From a virus: 64,000 bases of DNA. The notes below the pieces were generated by a model. It saw only the letters and a list, made by a program, of their open reading frames with translations, did not search any database and was not told where the DNA came from. Where the stretch lies: positions 1-64,000 of the IMG/VR virus record IMGVR_UViG_3300024257_000005; one strand, written 5' to 3'. The position numbers and the translations under genes were made by a program. Shown here in pieces: positions 21,523-32,700 of this stretch (position 1 is its first letter; the number at the start of each line of letters is the position of its first letter).

Positions 21523-24134
21523 TGACAAAATTTGAAGAAGTTAAAAACCAAACTACAGAGGAGTATTTCAATGGAAACCAATTCGCAATCGACGCCTTCA
21601 ATAGAAAATATAAAATCACAGACACTGAAACTTACGTGGAAGCAATTTGGAGAGTATGCAGAAATATTGCGTCGGTTGAATCTGGAACTCACGCCCAAGA
21701 ATTTTGGGCTAATAGATGGTTCGATGAAATCTACAATGATTGGTGGCATCCAGCCGGTTCAATTATGCAAGGAGCGGGAGCAAAAAGAAAGATTTCAATG
21801 GCTAACTGCACTACACTTTCCCTTGGTGCCCTTGACGAATCCAATGAGTGGGATAACCTTGAATCTATCATAAAGAATGGTGCTTATACTGTAGCAAAAA
21901 CAGCAGCATATCGACAAGGTCTAGGAATTGATTTTTCTAGATTAAGGCCAGCAGAGATGAAAGTTCACAATTCTTCAAACGAATCTAGTGGAGTAACTCA
22001 CTGGATGAAACTTATAGATTCTCTAGGATATTTTGTAGGTCAGAAGGGTCGTATTCCTGCAATGTTATTTTCACTCAACATAGGACACCCTGATATTATT
22101 GACTTTATTGATGTCAAAAAAGACTATACTCAGATTCAAAATGCAAACATTTCTATCCAGATGACAGATGCTTTTTATAGAGCAGTTGAAAATAATGAAG
22201 TGTGGCAAATGCAGTTCATTGTTCCTCCGTATAAAAAGGGAGACAGGATCTACATTGATTCAGAATCAGCTCCAGCATCGTCACTAAAAGATGAATCCGG
22301 TAAATCATACAGCATTGCCACTTCAAATTTTGATGGTGAGATTATAAGCAAAGACATGAAAGCAAGAAAGCTTTTGAAATTAATATCAAAAGCCATGCTA
22401 AAAAATGCAGAACCAGGGATCCAGAACATTGATATTGCAAGAAGATTTTCAAATTCAGATGCCGTTTATGATAAATATTCAGATTTTGATAGTAGAATTA
22501 TCTCAACAAATGCATGCTCAGAACAATATCTCAACCGTGAAGGCTTATGTATATTATTATCGGTCAATGCCATAAAATTTGCAATAGGCATGCCTGATGT
22601 TACTGAGGAAGCAATGAATCAGATAGCATATTCAATGGTGAGATTCGGAGACAATGTAAATACATTTGAATTAAAAAATAAAACATATGCAACACAGGGA
22701 CAAAAAGAATCAATCGAGCAATTAAGAAGAGTTGGATGTGGAATTACAAATCTTGCAGGCTATTTATTTGAATGTGGTTTTGAATATGGAAGCGAACAAG
22801 GAAACAATGGAGCCGAACGGCTTGTTCATGATTTTAATTATTTTCTATATAAAGCAACCATTGAAATAGGTCGTGAAAAAGGAAGCTTCAAAGCTTTTGA
22901 CCCAGACAAAATAAAGAAATCAGAATTTATTCAACACATGATGAAACAAGACACTTTTACATTTCCACAGAAATTAAAATTTGATGCTATGAGAAATGTT
23001 TGTGTAAGTTCAATTGCTCCAACAGGCACTTTGTCACTTATGTTCAGCAAGTCGGTAATGGGATATGGGATTGAGCCATCATTTGGCCCATACTATTGGA
23101 AGAGATCTAGACTTGAAGGTGATTATAAATACTATTTTGTGATACCTAAAGCAATACAAGACTGGTACAATAAGAACAAAGCCGAAGAAATGCCACCTTA
23201 TGACTATCCCGAATGTATTGAAGATGAATGGGATGGAAATAAAGGGCTAGAATTGGCAAAAAATATTGATGATCTCATGGCGATCAAGGGAGTAGTATTT
23301 AAAAAAGATACTGATGTTAATGCATTTGACAAACTAGAATTGATGAAGGGCGTTATGAAGAATATAGACTCATCAATATCTGTAACTTATAATCTTCCTG
23401 AGGATGTCAAAGAAGAAGTTGTGTATAAGTTTATATTAAAAGCGCATGAAGCTGGTGTCAAATCGGTAGCAGTATTTCCAGATAGGAAAATGTATGGAAT
23501 CGTATCAACAATACCTTTTAAAAAATTAGCTGTTTCATTGCAGGCGGAGGGTGTTAAATTACATGACCAAAACTTCTCAAAGGATGAATCCAACGAGTTG
23601 AATATTGTTGCTGACAATGTGTCAGTATCGGGAGCACCAAAGCGACCTACAAAAATGGAATCGGATATTTATGCCGTGACAGTTCGTGGTGAAAAATTCG
23701 TATTATCTGTTGGTCTATTAAATGGAGCACCTTACGAAATGTTTGGTGGACATATGAACGGACTAGATTTCAAATTCAATAAGAGATCTGGCTGTGTTGA
23801 AAAAGTTAGTCGTGGCGTTTATAAATTGGAATTCGATGATCATGTAGTAGAGGATTTCAATAAACAATTTACACCAGTTGAGGTCCTTATGTTTAGAATG
23901 ATCTCAATGAACTTGCGTCATGGAGTGCCAATAAAACATATTGTCGAACAGCTTGAAAAGAGTTCAGATGATATATTGTCATTTTCAGCAGCGGCAAGTA
24001 GAGTACTAAAGAAATATATACAAGATGGAGAGCAGGCAACTGGAGTTGAATGTCCAAGCTGTCATAATACAAATAGCCTAGAATATCAAGATGGATGTGT
24101 TACGTGTTCAATTTGTGACTGGGGAAAATGCTAA
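21522..24134 (+). CDS. nrdJ: Class II (adenosylcobalamin-dependent) ribonucleotide reductase
   Basis: ANC, TNACSEQ, IAPTGTLS, C-terminal TSCPD-like region and Zn ribbon; no nrdB nearby. Confidence 0.82.
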   Translation: MTKFEEVKNQTTEEYFNGNQFAIDAFNRKYKITDTETYVEAIWRVCRNIASVESGTHAQEFWANRWFDEIYNDWWHPAGSIMQGAGAKRKISMANCTTLSLGALDESNEWDNLESIIKNGAYTVAKTAAYRQGLGIDFSRLRPAEMKVHNSSNESSGVTHWMKLIDSLGYFVGQKGRIPAMLFSLNIGHPDIIDFIDVKKDYTQIQNANISIQMTDAFYRAVENNEVWQMQFIVPPYKKGDRIYIDSESAPASSLKDESGKSYSIATSNFDGEIISKDMKARKLLKLISKAMLKNAEPGIQNIDIARRFSNSDAVYDKYSDFDSRIISTNACSEQYLNREGLCILLSVNAIKFAIGMPDVTEEAMNQIAYSMVRFGDNVNTFELKNKTYATQGQKESIEQLRRVGCGITNLAGYLFECGFEYGSEQGNNGAERLVHDFNYFLYKATIEIGREKGSFKAFDPDKIKKSEFIQHMMKQDTFTFPQKLKFDAMRNVCVSSIAPTGTLSLMFSKSVMGYGIEPSFGPYYWKRSRLEGDYKYYFVIPKAIQDWYNKNKAEEMPPYDYPECIEDEWDGNKGLELAKNIDDLMAIKGVVFKKDTDVNAFDKLELMKGVMKNIDSSISVTYNLPEDVKEEVVYKFILKAHEAGVKSVAVFPDRKMYGIVSTIPFKKLAVSLQAEGVKLHDQNFSKDESNELNIVADNVSVSGAPKRPTKMESDIYAVTVRGEKFVLSVGLLNGAPYEMFGGHMNGLDFKFNKRSGCVEKVSRGVYKLEFDDHVVEDFNKQFTPVEVLMFRMISMNLRHGVPIKHIVEQLEKSSDDILSFSAAASRVLKKYIQDGEQATGVECPSCHNTNSLEYQDGCVTCSICDWGKC

Positions 24135-24150
24135 TAAAAAGGAAATAGAA

Positions 24151-24720
24151 ATGCCAGAACAACAAGATATGCCGGGAGCACCACAAGTACGAGTTAAGGG
24201 TAATCACATATTCTTCTATGATCAAATAGACCAAGAGTCTGCCATGACACTTAATGAATGCCTATTTGATTTAGAACGAGATGGTGATTGGAGAAATCAA
24301 CAGTTTGGTAGCTGTAATAACACGATCTTGTTACATATCAATAGCTATGGTGGTGGAGTGTTTGATGCACTTTCAGTTGCTGATACAATTAGATCTCTCA
24401 AGAGTGAAGTACACACAATTATTGAAGGAGCTGCAATGAGTGGAGCCACAGTAATTTCACTAGCCGGAACCAAACGATTTATGAGAAAGAATGCAACGGT
24501 TCTCATTCATCAGGCAAGACAGGGAATGGGCGGAGAATTAACATCAGAACAAATTAAAGATTTAAATACAAACAATGATCTAACTGAAGCTAGACTTCTA
24601 GAAATCTATGATGAAAATACTTCTATGGATCGCAAAGAAATCCTTGAGTTATTAAAACATGACTTATATTTAAATTCAGAGCAATGCCTGCAAAAAGGTA
24701 TTATCGACGAAATAATCTAA
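24151..24720 (+). CDS. ClpP-like protease
   Basis: LHINSYGGGVFDA, GAAMSG, VLIHQ, GIIDEI. Confidence 0.85.
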   Translation: MPEQQDMPGAPQVRVKGNHIFFYDQIDQESAMTLNECLFDLERDGDWRNQQFGSCNNTILLHINSYGGGVFDALSVADTIRSLKSEVHTIIEGAAMSGATVISLAGTKRFMRKNATVLIHQARQGMGGELTSEQIKDLNTNNDLTEARLLEIYDENTSMDRKEILELLKHDLYLNSEQCLQKGIIDEII

Positions 24721-24730
24721 GGAGGTTACA

Positions 24731-25000
24731 GTGGCAAAGAAAAAAGGTTCAAGTAAAAATCGAAAAGAAAACTATAAGAGATATGCAGCTAGAAATCAAA
24801 GAGATGTTGCTAATCAAAAATCAGTTGTCAACCACTGGTTCAGCGTTTTAAGCAGACAAATCAAGCGCCTAATTGATACACGTGGAGAAGAAAATAGAGA
24901 GTTATATAGAATGCTCCGTGTAGAGATTAAGGACCGTCTTAAAAACAATGTGCTAACCAAAAAACAGATGCAAAGTATTGTTTCTGAGTTGACAGCATAG
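24731..25000 (+). CDS. Basic hypothetical protein
   Basis: GGAGG RBS and ORF. Confidence 0.55.
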   Translation: MAKKKGSSKNRKENYKRYAARNQRDVANQKSVVNHWFSVLSRQIKRLIDTRGEENRELYRMLRVEIKDRLKNNVLTKKQMQSIVSELTA

Positions 25001-25012
25001 TAGGAGAATTAT

Positions 25013-26020
25013 ATGTTAAGAAAATCAAAAGCAGCTAAAAAGTGGGATAAGTCTGAATTAAAAGTTATACGAGAGTATGAATCTTCAGATAAGAGTTATC
25101 GCACGTTACATAAAGAGATGGTTGCTGCCGGTTCAAGCAGAACATTTGATGCCGTTAAGGCCAAGGGTTATTCAATGGGACTAGAAAAGCCAAATGAATA
25201 CACGCTTGGATACGGTCCTGGCGTAGGATACGGACCAGAAATTACACTATTTGATATCGAAACGTCATTGATACCAGCGTACATTTTTGATACTGGAAAA
25301 CAATATGTGGGATATAAAGCTTTTGAAGGTGCACATCGATTTATGTTATCATGGTCTGCCAAAAAGCTAATGTCCCCTGATTGTGAAGTTCAAGTATTAA
25401 CACCTGAAGAAGCATTAGCAGGTGATGATAGTAGAATAGCTCAAAGTCTGTGGGATCTATTTGATCGTTCAGATATTTTAGTTGGACACAATAGCAAGCG
25501 CTTTGATGTTCCAACAGCCAATGCTCGATTTTTAGAAAATAACTTCCCAGGACCTCCATCTTCATATGATCAAATTGATACTTATGTAGAAGCAAAACGA
25601 CACTTTAAGTTGTTGAGTTATAGTCAGGATTATATTACTAAGATGCTACATCTTCCTAATAAGTTAGCAACCGATCATACACTTTGGAGAAAATGTATGG
25701 AAGGCGATCCAGAGGCATTGAAGAGGATGGCCAAATATAACCAAGGTGATATCTATGGACTAGAAGAAGTCTATCTGAAATTCAGACCTTGGATGAAATC
25801 ACATCCAAATGTGGCACTATATTATTCTGGTGACAATGTTACTAGATGTCATGCTTGTGGAAATACGCACCTTGATTGGGAAGATGGTGGAGATTATTAC
25901 ACAAGAGCAGGGTTCTTTGATGGATATCGTTGCGAAAATTGTTATACAATTGGTCGTAGCAGAAGAACCAGCTTAACAAAGATCGAAAGAGAATCATTAG
26001 TTCTTCCAACAGCTAGATAA
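25013..26020 (+). CDS. RNase H-like DEDD 3'-5' exonuclease with C-terminal Zn ribbon
   Basis: FDIET, VGHNSKRFD, IDT, YNQGD, CHACG...CENC. Confidence 0.8.
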   Translation: MLRKSKAAKKWDKSELKVIREYESSDKSYRTLHKEMVAAGSSRTFDAVKAKGYSMGLEKPNEYTLGYGPGVGYGPEITLFDIETSLIPAYIFDTGKQYVGYKAFEGAHRFMLSWSAKKLMSPDCEVQVLTPEEALAGDDSRIAQSLWDLFDRSDILVGHNSKRFDVPTANARFLENNFPGPPSSYDQIDTYVEAKRHFKLLSYSQDYITKMLHLPNKLATDHTLWRKCMEGDPEALKRMAKYNQGDIYGLEEVYLKFRPWMKSHPNVALYYSGDNVTRCHACGNTHLDWEDGGDYYTRAGFFDGYRCENCYTIGRSRRTSLTKIERESLVLPTAR

Positions 26021-26092
26021 TAAAATAGCTTTTGGAAAAGAATACTTATATTTATCAATATGAATTACAATAAAACAAACCAAGGAGGTTCC

Positions 26093-26320
26093 ATGAGAAC
26101 TTACAAGCAAGAAGTACTTAGCACATTAAAGAGAAAAGTGAACAAAAGGGTAGCCAAGAATTTTACAGGCTATGAGATCACTGAGCTCACAAAATGGTAT
26201 CAGCTCAAACAATCAACTGCAATGCGTACATTACGTCAGATGAAAACTGATGGTGTGATTGATTATATATGTACAAATGCACAAAAGAGCGAATACAAGC
26301 TATTATCAATTAATAGTTAA
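26093..26320 (+). CDS. Small putative winged-helix DNA-binding protein
   Basis: GGAGG RBS, STAMRTLRQMKTDGVIDY. Confidence 0.45.
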   Translation: MRTYKQEVLSTLKRKVNKRVAKNFTGYEITELTKWYQLKQSTAMRTLRQMKTDGVIDYICTNAQKSEYKLLSINS

Positions 26321-26345
26321 GAAGAGCAAATACAATAGTATAATC

Positions 26346-26379
26346 AAAGAGGAGTTTCTCTAGGGCAACTCCTCTTTTT
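26346..26379 (+). terminator. Rho-independent terminator
   Basis: aaagaggagtt...aactcctcttt followed by a T-run. Confidence 0.75.
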
Positions 26380-26391
26380 AGAAAGAAGTCT

Positions 26392-27348
26392 ATGAATAAC
26401 TATATTATTGGTGGTGGAGTTGCCGGCTTGGTTGCTTCATTCATTCTAAAAGAAGACGGTTTCAGAATTATCGACGCCAATCCGTTAGGACAAATGGCAG
26501 GCAAATTTCCACTAGGACCAAGAATTATACAGAACGATGGTGAAACATTTGGACTATTAAAAGACCTTGGATTTCAAGGCAACGAAATAAGTGTCAAGAA
26601 TAATAGAATCGGATTTAGCCGCTCCAGACCAGGAGCAGTCATAATAGAACAAAATCCAGACCAAGATTTTAGAGCTGAATACTCATACATAACTAGAGGA
26701 ACTAGAGATTTTGAACCTTCATTTATGTCTGACGGTAAGAACACAATTGAGGCTTTAGAGATCATTGGATCAAAAGATTCATATAAAGAAATTTTGGAGC
26801 TATTGTTCAAGCAATGTGGTAAAACTATTATTCCAAATCAAGTAAAAACTATAAACATTGACGAGAAAATTGTTATATTGGATGACGGAACAGAGCTACC
26901 ATATGACAATCTAATCTCAACTATTGATTTGAGACTGCTGATGAGAATGATTGTGGGACAAAACACACTTCCAGGAAGTCTCATGCTGGAAACAAGAAAA
27001 AAATCATTCTATCTTTGCAAATATTCAAACCTCATAGATAGAGATTTTCATAATGCCGGATATGATTATGTATATTCTGTTTCTAGAACATATACCAGAA
27101 AGACTTATTTAGACAGTGGGATTGTGTATGAAACAATAGAGCCCATTCGAGGTCACATGATTGAAGATAATTTGATTGTTGAGCGGAAAGAAGATATTCC
27201 AATTCAAATTAAAAAATCATTAAATTTAACATCCTTTGCAGCCGATGCCTATTTATTAGGACGTTATGCTCAGTGGAGTCACAAGATAAAATTGAATGAA
27301 GTGTTAGCAACGGTTTTAAAATGGAGGCAAGATGGACAGTTCAAGTAA
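26392..27348 (+). CDS. FAD-dependent oxidoreductase (UDP-galactopyranose mutase-like)
   Basis: IIGGGVAGL, YDNLISTIDL, LLGRYAQW. Confidence 0.65.
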   Translation: MNNYIIGGGVAGLVASFILKEDGFRIIDANPLGQMAGKFPLGPRIIQNDGETFGLLKDLGFQGNEISVKNNRIGFSRSRPGAVIIEQNPDQDFRAEYSYITRGTRDFEPSFMSDGKNTIEALEIIGSKDSYKEILELLFKQCGKTIIPNQVKTINIDEKIVILDDGTELPYDNLISTIDLRLLMRMIVGQNTLPGSLMLETRKKSFYLCKYSNLIDRDFHNAGYDYVYSVSRTYTRKTYLDSGIVYETIEPIRGHMIEDNLIVERKEDIPIQIKKSLNLTSFAADAYLLGRYAQWSHKIKLNEVLATVLKWRQDGQFK

Positions 27349-28297
27349 GCTATATGAGATCCAGCAAGAATTTACAGATGAATTTTTTAAAACAAAATAC
27401 GGACTAACCGTAAAAGATATTCGAGCAGACAATGATAAGCTGGTGAGCTGGACTAAGGAATATATATTATCTCTTATCAAGGAAGCCACAGAGCTGCTTG
27501 ATGAAATCGATTGGAAAACACATACCAACAAAATGTCCGATGGTATTACTGATAACTTCTTAGAAGAGGGAGTTGATGTTATGAAATACTTGTTTGGGCT
27601 ATTGCACATTCATGGATTCTCATTTGACCAAATTGAAGAAAAATTTATCGATAAGAGTAATGTTGTTCAGGCAAAATTTGAACAAGCCATTGCTTTGAAG
27701 CACCTACAAGAAAATCAATCTAAATACAAGATTGCAGCAATAGATATTGATGGAGTTATTGCCGACTGGGAAAAGGGATATATAAATTTTATTTGGGAAA
27801 ATACTATGTTTGTACCCAAGTCAACAAAACTTGCAAAAGCTGAAATACCAAAGCAGCTTATGATGGAAACCAAGGAGAAATTTAGACTATCTGGAAAGAA
27901 AAGAGATCTAGAAGTGATCCCTGGAGCAAAAGAATTTATCGACTGGCTAAAAGATCAGGGATATTATGTAATACTTTTGACGGCTCGTCCATATAAAGAA
28001 TATTCAAGAATCTATAGCGATACTCTTCATTGGTTGAAGAAAAATAATATTCAATATGATCTAATTATCTGGAATGAAAAGAAGGAAGACTTCTTAATGA
28101 AATATTTTCCAGATGTTAAATTTGTGATTGATAATGAAAGAGGAAATGTTGAAAAATTATCACAAGAGTTTCTAACATTTTGGAAAGCAGAAAAACCTCT
28201 TGACCAATCCGACTCATTAGGATTATCAATAAAGAAAGACAGACTCGTCCAGTTTGGCAATTTTGAGGACATCAAATGTTTTATAGAAGAAATCTAG
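27332..28297 (+). CDS. Dimeric dUTPase/dCTPase (MazG-like) fused to a HAD nucleotidase
   Basis: KEATELLDEIDWKTH...EEGVDVMKY; DIDGVIAD, LTARP, VIDN. Confidence 0.8.
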   Translation: MDSSSKLYEIQQEFTDEFFKTKYGLTVKDIRADNDKLVSWTKEYILSLIKEATELLDEIDWKTHTNKMSDGITDNFLEEGVDVMKYLFGLLHIHGFSFDQIEEKFIDKSNVVQAKFEQAIALKHLQENQSKYKIAAIDIDGVIADWEKGYINFIWENTMFVPKSTKLAKAEIPKQLMMETKEKFRLSGKKRDLEVIPGAKEFIDWLKDQGYYVILLTARPYKEYSRIYSDTLHWLKKNNIQYDLIIWNEKKEDFLMKYFPDVKFVIDNERGNVEKLSQEFLTFWKAEKPLDQSDSLGLSIKKDRLVQFGNFEDIKCFIEEI

Positions 28298-28306
28298 GAG
28301 CATATT

Positions 28307-28687
28307 GTGAAAGTACATGTGACATTTACATTTTATGAAAACCCAGCTGCAAAGCAAGAAATTTATTTCTGGGAAACTCTGGTAAAGCATCGACTTAAAG
28401 AAAAATATTATGACGATGATATTCTATCATATGTTCTTGGATACGGTGATGATGTAGAGCTTTTGGTATGTATTCCCATTGACTATTGTGAAACTGAAAC
28501 ACCAATGGCCATGCAAAATGAAATTAGTCATGCATATAAATTACATTCTTTAGAGGGTGATCTTACATATTTAAAAACACTGATCTTTGGAAAGGTCAAT
28601 CCAAAGCAATTGGATTTTTTAACAACATTCATACGACAATTAGAAACTGGAGAGATATATGAGAAAAGTATACATCACGGGGAATAA
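28307..28687 (+). CDS. Hypothetical protein
   Basis: AGGAG RBS; overlaps the next gene. Confidence 0.55.
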   Translation: MKVHVTFTFYENPAAKQEIYFWETLVKHRLKEKYYDDDILSYVLGYGDDVELLVCIPIDYCETETPMAMQNEISHAYKLHSLEGDLTYLKTLIFGKVNPKQLDFLTTFIRQLETGEIYEKSIHHGE

Positions 28688-29681
28688 CGGATTTTTAGCA
28701 CGAAATCTAATAAAGAGAATCAATAGTCAGTTTAGCGATAAGCTGTTTGTTGCAACCGAAGGAACAGAAGATCTCATATTGACAGATAATGATGAGATTG
28801 ACATTGTAGAAAATCCATATGAAATACTTAAAGACTGGATTGAACGAGCTAAAATAGATGTTATCGTTCACAATGCTGCCATCGTAGGAACCGATGTTGT
28901 AGCCATCAATGCTAGGAAAGCAGTGGATGTAAATGTCTATGGTACCTATGTCATCGCTCAGATTGCGAGTGAGTTAAACATCCCAATTATATACATTGGA
29001 ACCACAGTCATCTATGACACATTTCTTGTAAATGAGACAAAAGAGGCTATAACTGAAGATACTTCAATATACCCTAGAACACTATATGCTTCTTCTAAAT
29101 ATGAAGGAGAGATGATTCTCAATATGTATTGCCGTAAATCAGGATATGCTATCCTTAGGCCTCTATTTTGTTATGGTGGTATTGGTGACATGAATAGCCT
29201 GATTGCAAAATCTGTCTATAATGTTGTATCAAGTACTAATGAGGAATTCAAAATATTTCTCGATCCAAACAATATGAAAGACTATATGCATGCATATGAT
29301 TTTGTCGATGCCATTGCTCATTCAATCATTAACAAATCATATCTAAAACTTGAAGACTACAATGTCTCATTAAACCAACCGATGAAAACAAGCGATATAG
29401 CTGACCTGATTGATAGTACTCTTTGCCGAGAAATTAGCAAGTATATCAAATGGGAACCTGATACAGATTATCTAGGTTATCACATTATTGACAATTTGAA
29501 ATTTAAGAAACATCATCCAGAATGGAATCCATCAATAACTCTTGAGCAAGGAATTAAGATGTACTACAACGATCTTGTAGCAGATGTTCTTGTTGGCGAG
29601 GGCAACTATAATCCTCTAAAACATTTACAGCAAATTGAGAAAGACGATGTAGATATATTAAAACATTATGCAAAAAAATAG
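28659..29681 (+). CDS. NAD-dependent nucleotide-sugar epimerase/dehydratase
   Basis: ITGNNGFLA, HNAAIVG, YASSKYEGE, KDYMH. Confidence 0.88.
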   Translation: MRKVYITGNNGFLARNLIKRINSQFSDKLFVATEGTEDLILTDNDEIDIVENPYEILKDWIERAKIDVIVHNAAIVGTDVVAINARKAVDVNVYGTYVIAQIASELNIPIIYIGTTVIYDTFLVNETKEAITEDTSIYPRTLYASSKYEGEMILNMYCRKSGYAILRPLFCYGGIGDMNSLIAKSVYNVVSSTNEEFKIFLDPNNMKDYMHAYDFVDAIAHSIINKSYLKLEDYNVSLNQPMKTSDIADLIDSTLCREISKYIKWEPDTDYLGYHIIDNLKFKKHHPEWNPSITLEQGIKMYYNDLVADVLVGEGNYNPLKHLQQIEKDDVDILKHYAKK

Positions 29682-29709
29682 TTTACAATTGGTCGTTAAG
29701 GGTTATATT
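29682..29709 (+). promoter_or_regulatory. Sigma70-like promoter (TTTACA-N16-TATATT)
   Basis: Matches the family at 37560, 38812 and 55006. Confidence 0.5.
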
Positions 29710-29728
29710 GGTTCGATAAGGAGATTAC

Positions 29729-32700
29729 GTGAATAAAGAACAGATACATAATTTAATAAAAGGACAATATCCAGATGAAGAGATAGTTCTTCCACAAGGA
29801 TATGTCAAATCGTCGTTTATGGTTGTTAGTGAAAAGCCACTGAAGGATGAAGATTGGCTAAAGGTATTACTAGACAAAGTAAATATCGATACGTATACTA
29901 CATGGAAGACTTCGGTTTCAAAAAATGGAGCTGATGTAGATGATATAAGCGAATTGGTTGACCATGTAATTGAAAACGAAATAGTCAATGTACAACCACA
30001 GATCATTTTTACAATAGGTGAAAAAGTAAGTAAGGCTTTTAAAAAGCTTGACGGAACTGTTTTATTTGTAGAACTCACTGAAGATTTAGATGATGATGAA
30101 TTGGATGACCGGAAAAATGAAATTAGACAGATTGTATTTCGATCTACATTTATTAATTTCCATCACCACAACCAATTCTCATTTAGAGATGGTCTAGGAA
30201 CTGAAGATCAAATTGTTCAAAGATTAATGAAGCTTAAAATGCCAGGGTTCTGTCTTACGAATCATGGTAATATGAATGCTCATTTTAGATTATATAATGC
30301 AGCAAAAGCATATGGAATCAAACCGATCTATGGAAATGAGATGTACTACTGTCCAAATATTCAGGAGATCAACAAGCTCAAACTTTCAAAGGAAAAAGAA
30401 GATGTAGCAAAAAGAGTTGAGCTATCAAAAGAATCCTACCATTTAACTGTACTGGCCAAAAACGAAACCGGCTATTACAACCTTATTAAAATGAGCAATA
30501 TTAGTTGGATTGAAAACTTCTATAAATTCCCCAGAATCGATGACGAACTTCTTGAAAAACATAAAGAAGGACTGATAGTTCTATCAGGCTGCATTGGTGG
30601 ATTTATTCCAAAGAATCTGATTAATGACAATGAAGAGGCAGCCTATGAAAAAGCCAGACTATATAAAGACTGGTTTGGTGATGATTTCTATATTGAGTTG
30701 CACTCTACAGATTATGAACCTCAAAAAGAAGCCAATGAAAAGTTGGTAAAGCTGGCTAAAGATTTAGACATCAAAACTGTAATTGCATCAGACACTCACT
30801 ACATAAATAAAGGTGATGATGAAATTCAGCAGATCATGATGCTGAACAATGCAAAACAAAGTATTGAAGACTTAAATGATCCTACTACCAAAACGTGGTC
30901 ATTCTCTGTGAAAGATCTATACATTAAATCGATTGATGCTCTTATGAGTGATTTTGATGATAAGATGAAAAATGTAAACTATGATGAAAAAGATTTTGTC
31001 ACTTCTATTCTAAATGTAAACGAGCTGTTCACAAGGATAGAACATTTTGACATTGATAACTCATTAAAGCTTCCAAATATGGGTGAAAACTCTAGTGGTG
31101 AATTCAGAAAATTATTGAAAGAGGGAATAGAATACAGAAAACTAGAGGTAACAGAAAAACTTCTAGATAGACTCAAGATAGAAATGGACATCATTGAAAA
31201 ATTAGGTTACGTAGACTATTTCTTAATTATGGCAGATATCATTGTTTGGACAAAGGATAAATTTGGAGAATATAGTGTCGGCCCTGGTAGAGGATCAGCT
31301 GCTGGATCTTTGGTAAACTTTTTATTGAAAATTACTGATGTAAATCCACTAAATCACGAAATGCTCTTATTCGAAAGATTTCTATCTCCAGGTAGAGCTG
31401 ATGTTCCTGATATTGACACTGATTTTAGTCCAGATATTAGACCGTTGGTCAAAGAATATATTGTTGAACGATTCGGTAGAGAGTATGTATGTTCAATTGG
31501 AAACTATCAAACGCTTAAATTGAAATCAGCAATGCAAGATGTTTTTAGAACATTGAATATTCCATTTGGAGAGGTTGTCTTAGCAACAAAGGAAATTGGA
31601 AATCTATCTCCAGATGATGAAATTTTACCAGTTGCAGATATTAGAAAAGATTATAAGATGCTTGATGATCTCTTGAGGAGATACCCAGAGACTGAAAGGT
31701 TTATTGATAGCCTAAAGGGATTGGTAAAATCAACAGGACAACATGCTGCAGGAGTTATTGTATCTAGTAAGAAATTGACAGAAAATATTCCTCTTGTTAT
31801 TACTTCATCCAAAGAGATAGTATCTGCAAATACCGAAGGTGGTGATAACCACGAACTAACAGCTTTGGGATATATCAAATATGATATTCTCAGTCTTACT
31901 ACACTGAAATTGATCAATGATTGTAGTAAATATATTCTAGAAAGACATGGTGTGGATTTAGACTGGAATGAAAAAGAGTATGACGATGAAAGAATGTACG
32001 AGCTTCTTCATAAAGGTGATACATATGGAGTATTTCAATTTTCAAGTCCTCTGGCCACAAAATATCTAGAATCAATGAAGCCAGACGATCTTAATGATCT
32101 ATGTGCTGCTTCAGCCTTATTAAGACCAGGGCCATTAGATCAGAAAATGCACGAAGAATATAGCCTCATCAAAAGTGGTGAAAAAGACTATTCAATCAAC
32201 GAGGCATTAAAAGATATTCTAGGTCCTACATTCGGTATCATTGTTTATCAAGAACAGATATTGAGAATATGTCAAGAGCTTGGTGGCTTTACAAAAACTG
32301 AAGCTAATGTATTTCGTAAGGCTTTGGTGAAATATGAAAAATCTCCAGAACATGAAAAGAAAAGACGTGAAAGAGTTAAATCATTTTCAGTAAAATTGAT
32401 TGAAGGGCTTGAAAAATATATGTCCTCAAATGAAGCTACCAAGCTTTGGGAAATCATTGAATCATTTGCTAGATATGGTTTCAACTATGCTCATTCACTT
32501 TCATATTCAATTTTATCACATAGGCAATTATATCAGAAGTTCTTCTATCCTATGGAATACTATTGCTCATTTTTAAACAATGAAGAATTATCAGCGTATG
32601 CAAGAATCATTAGAAAAATGACCAAATTTGAATTGCGTAAATTCGACTATGACGATATGTCAATAACAGAAACATTCAATGCTAACATTGCCAAGCCTAA

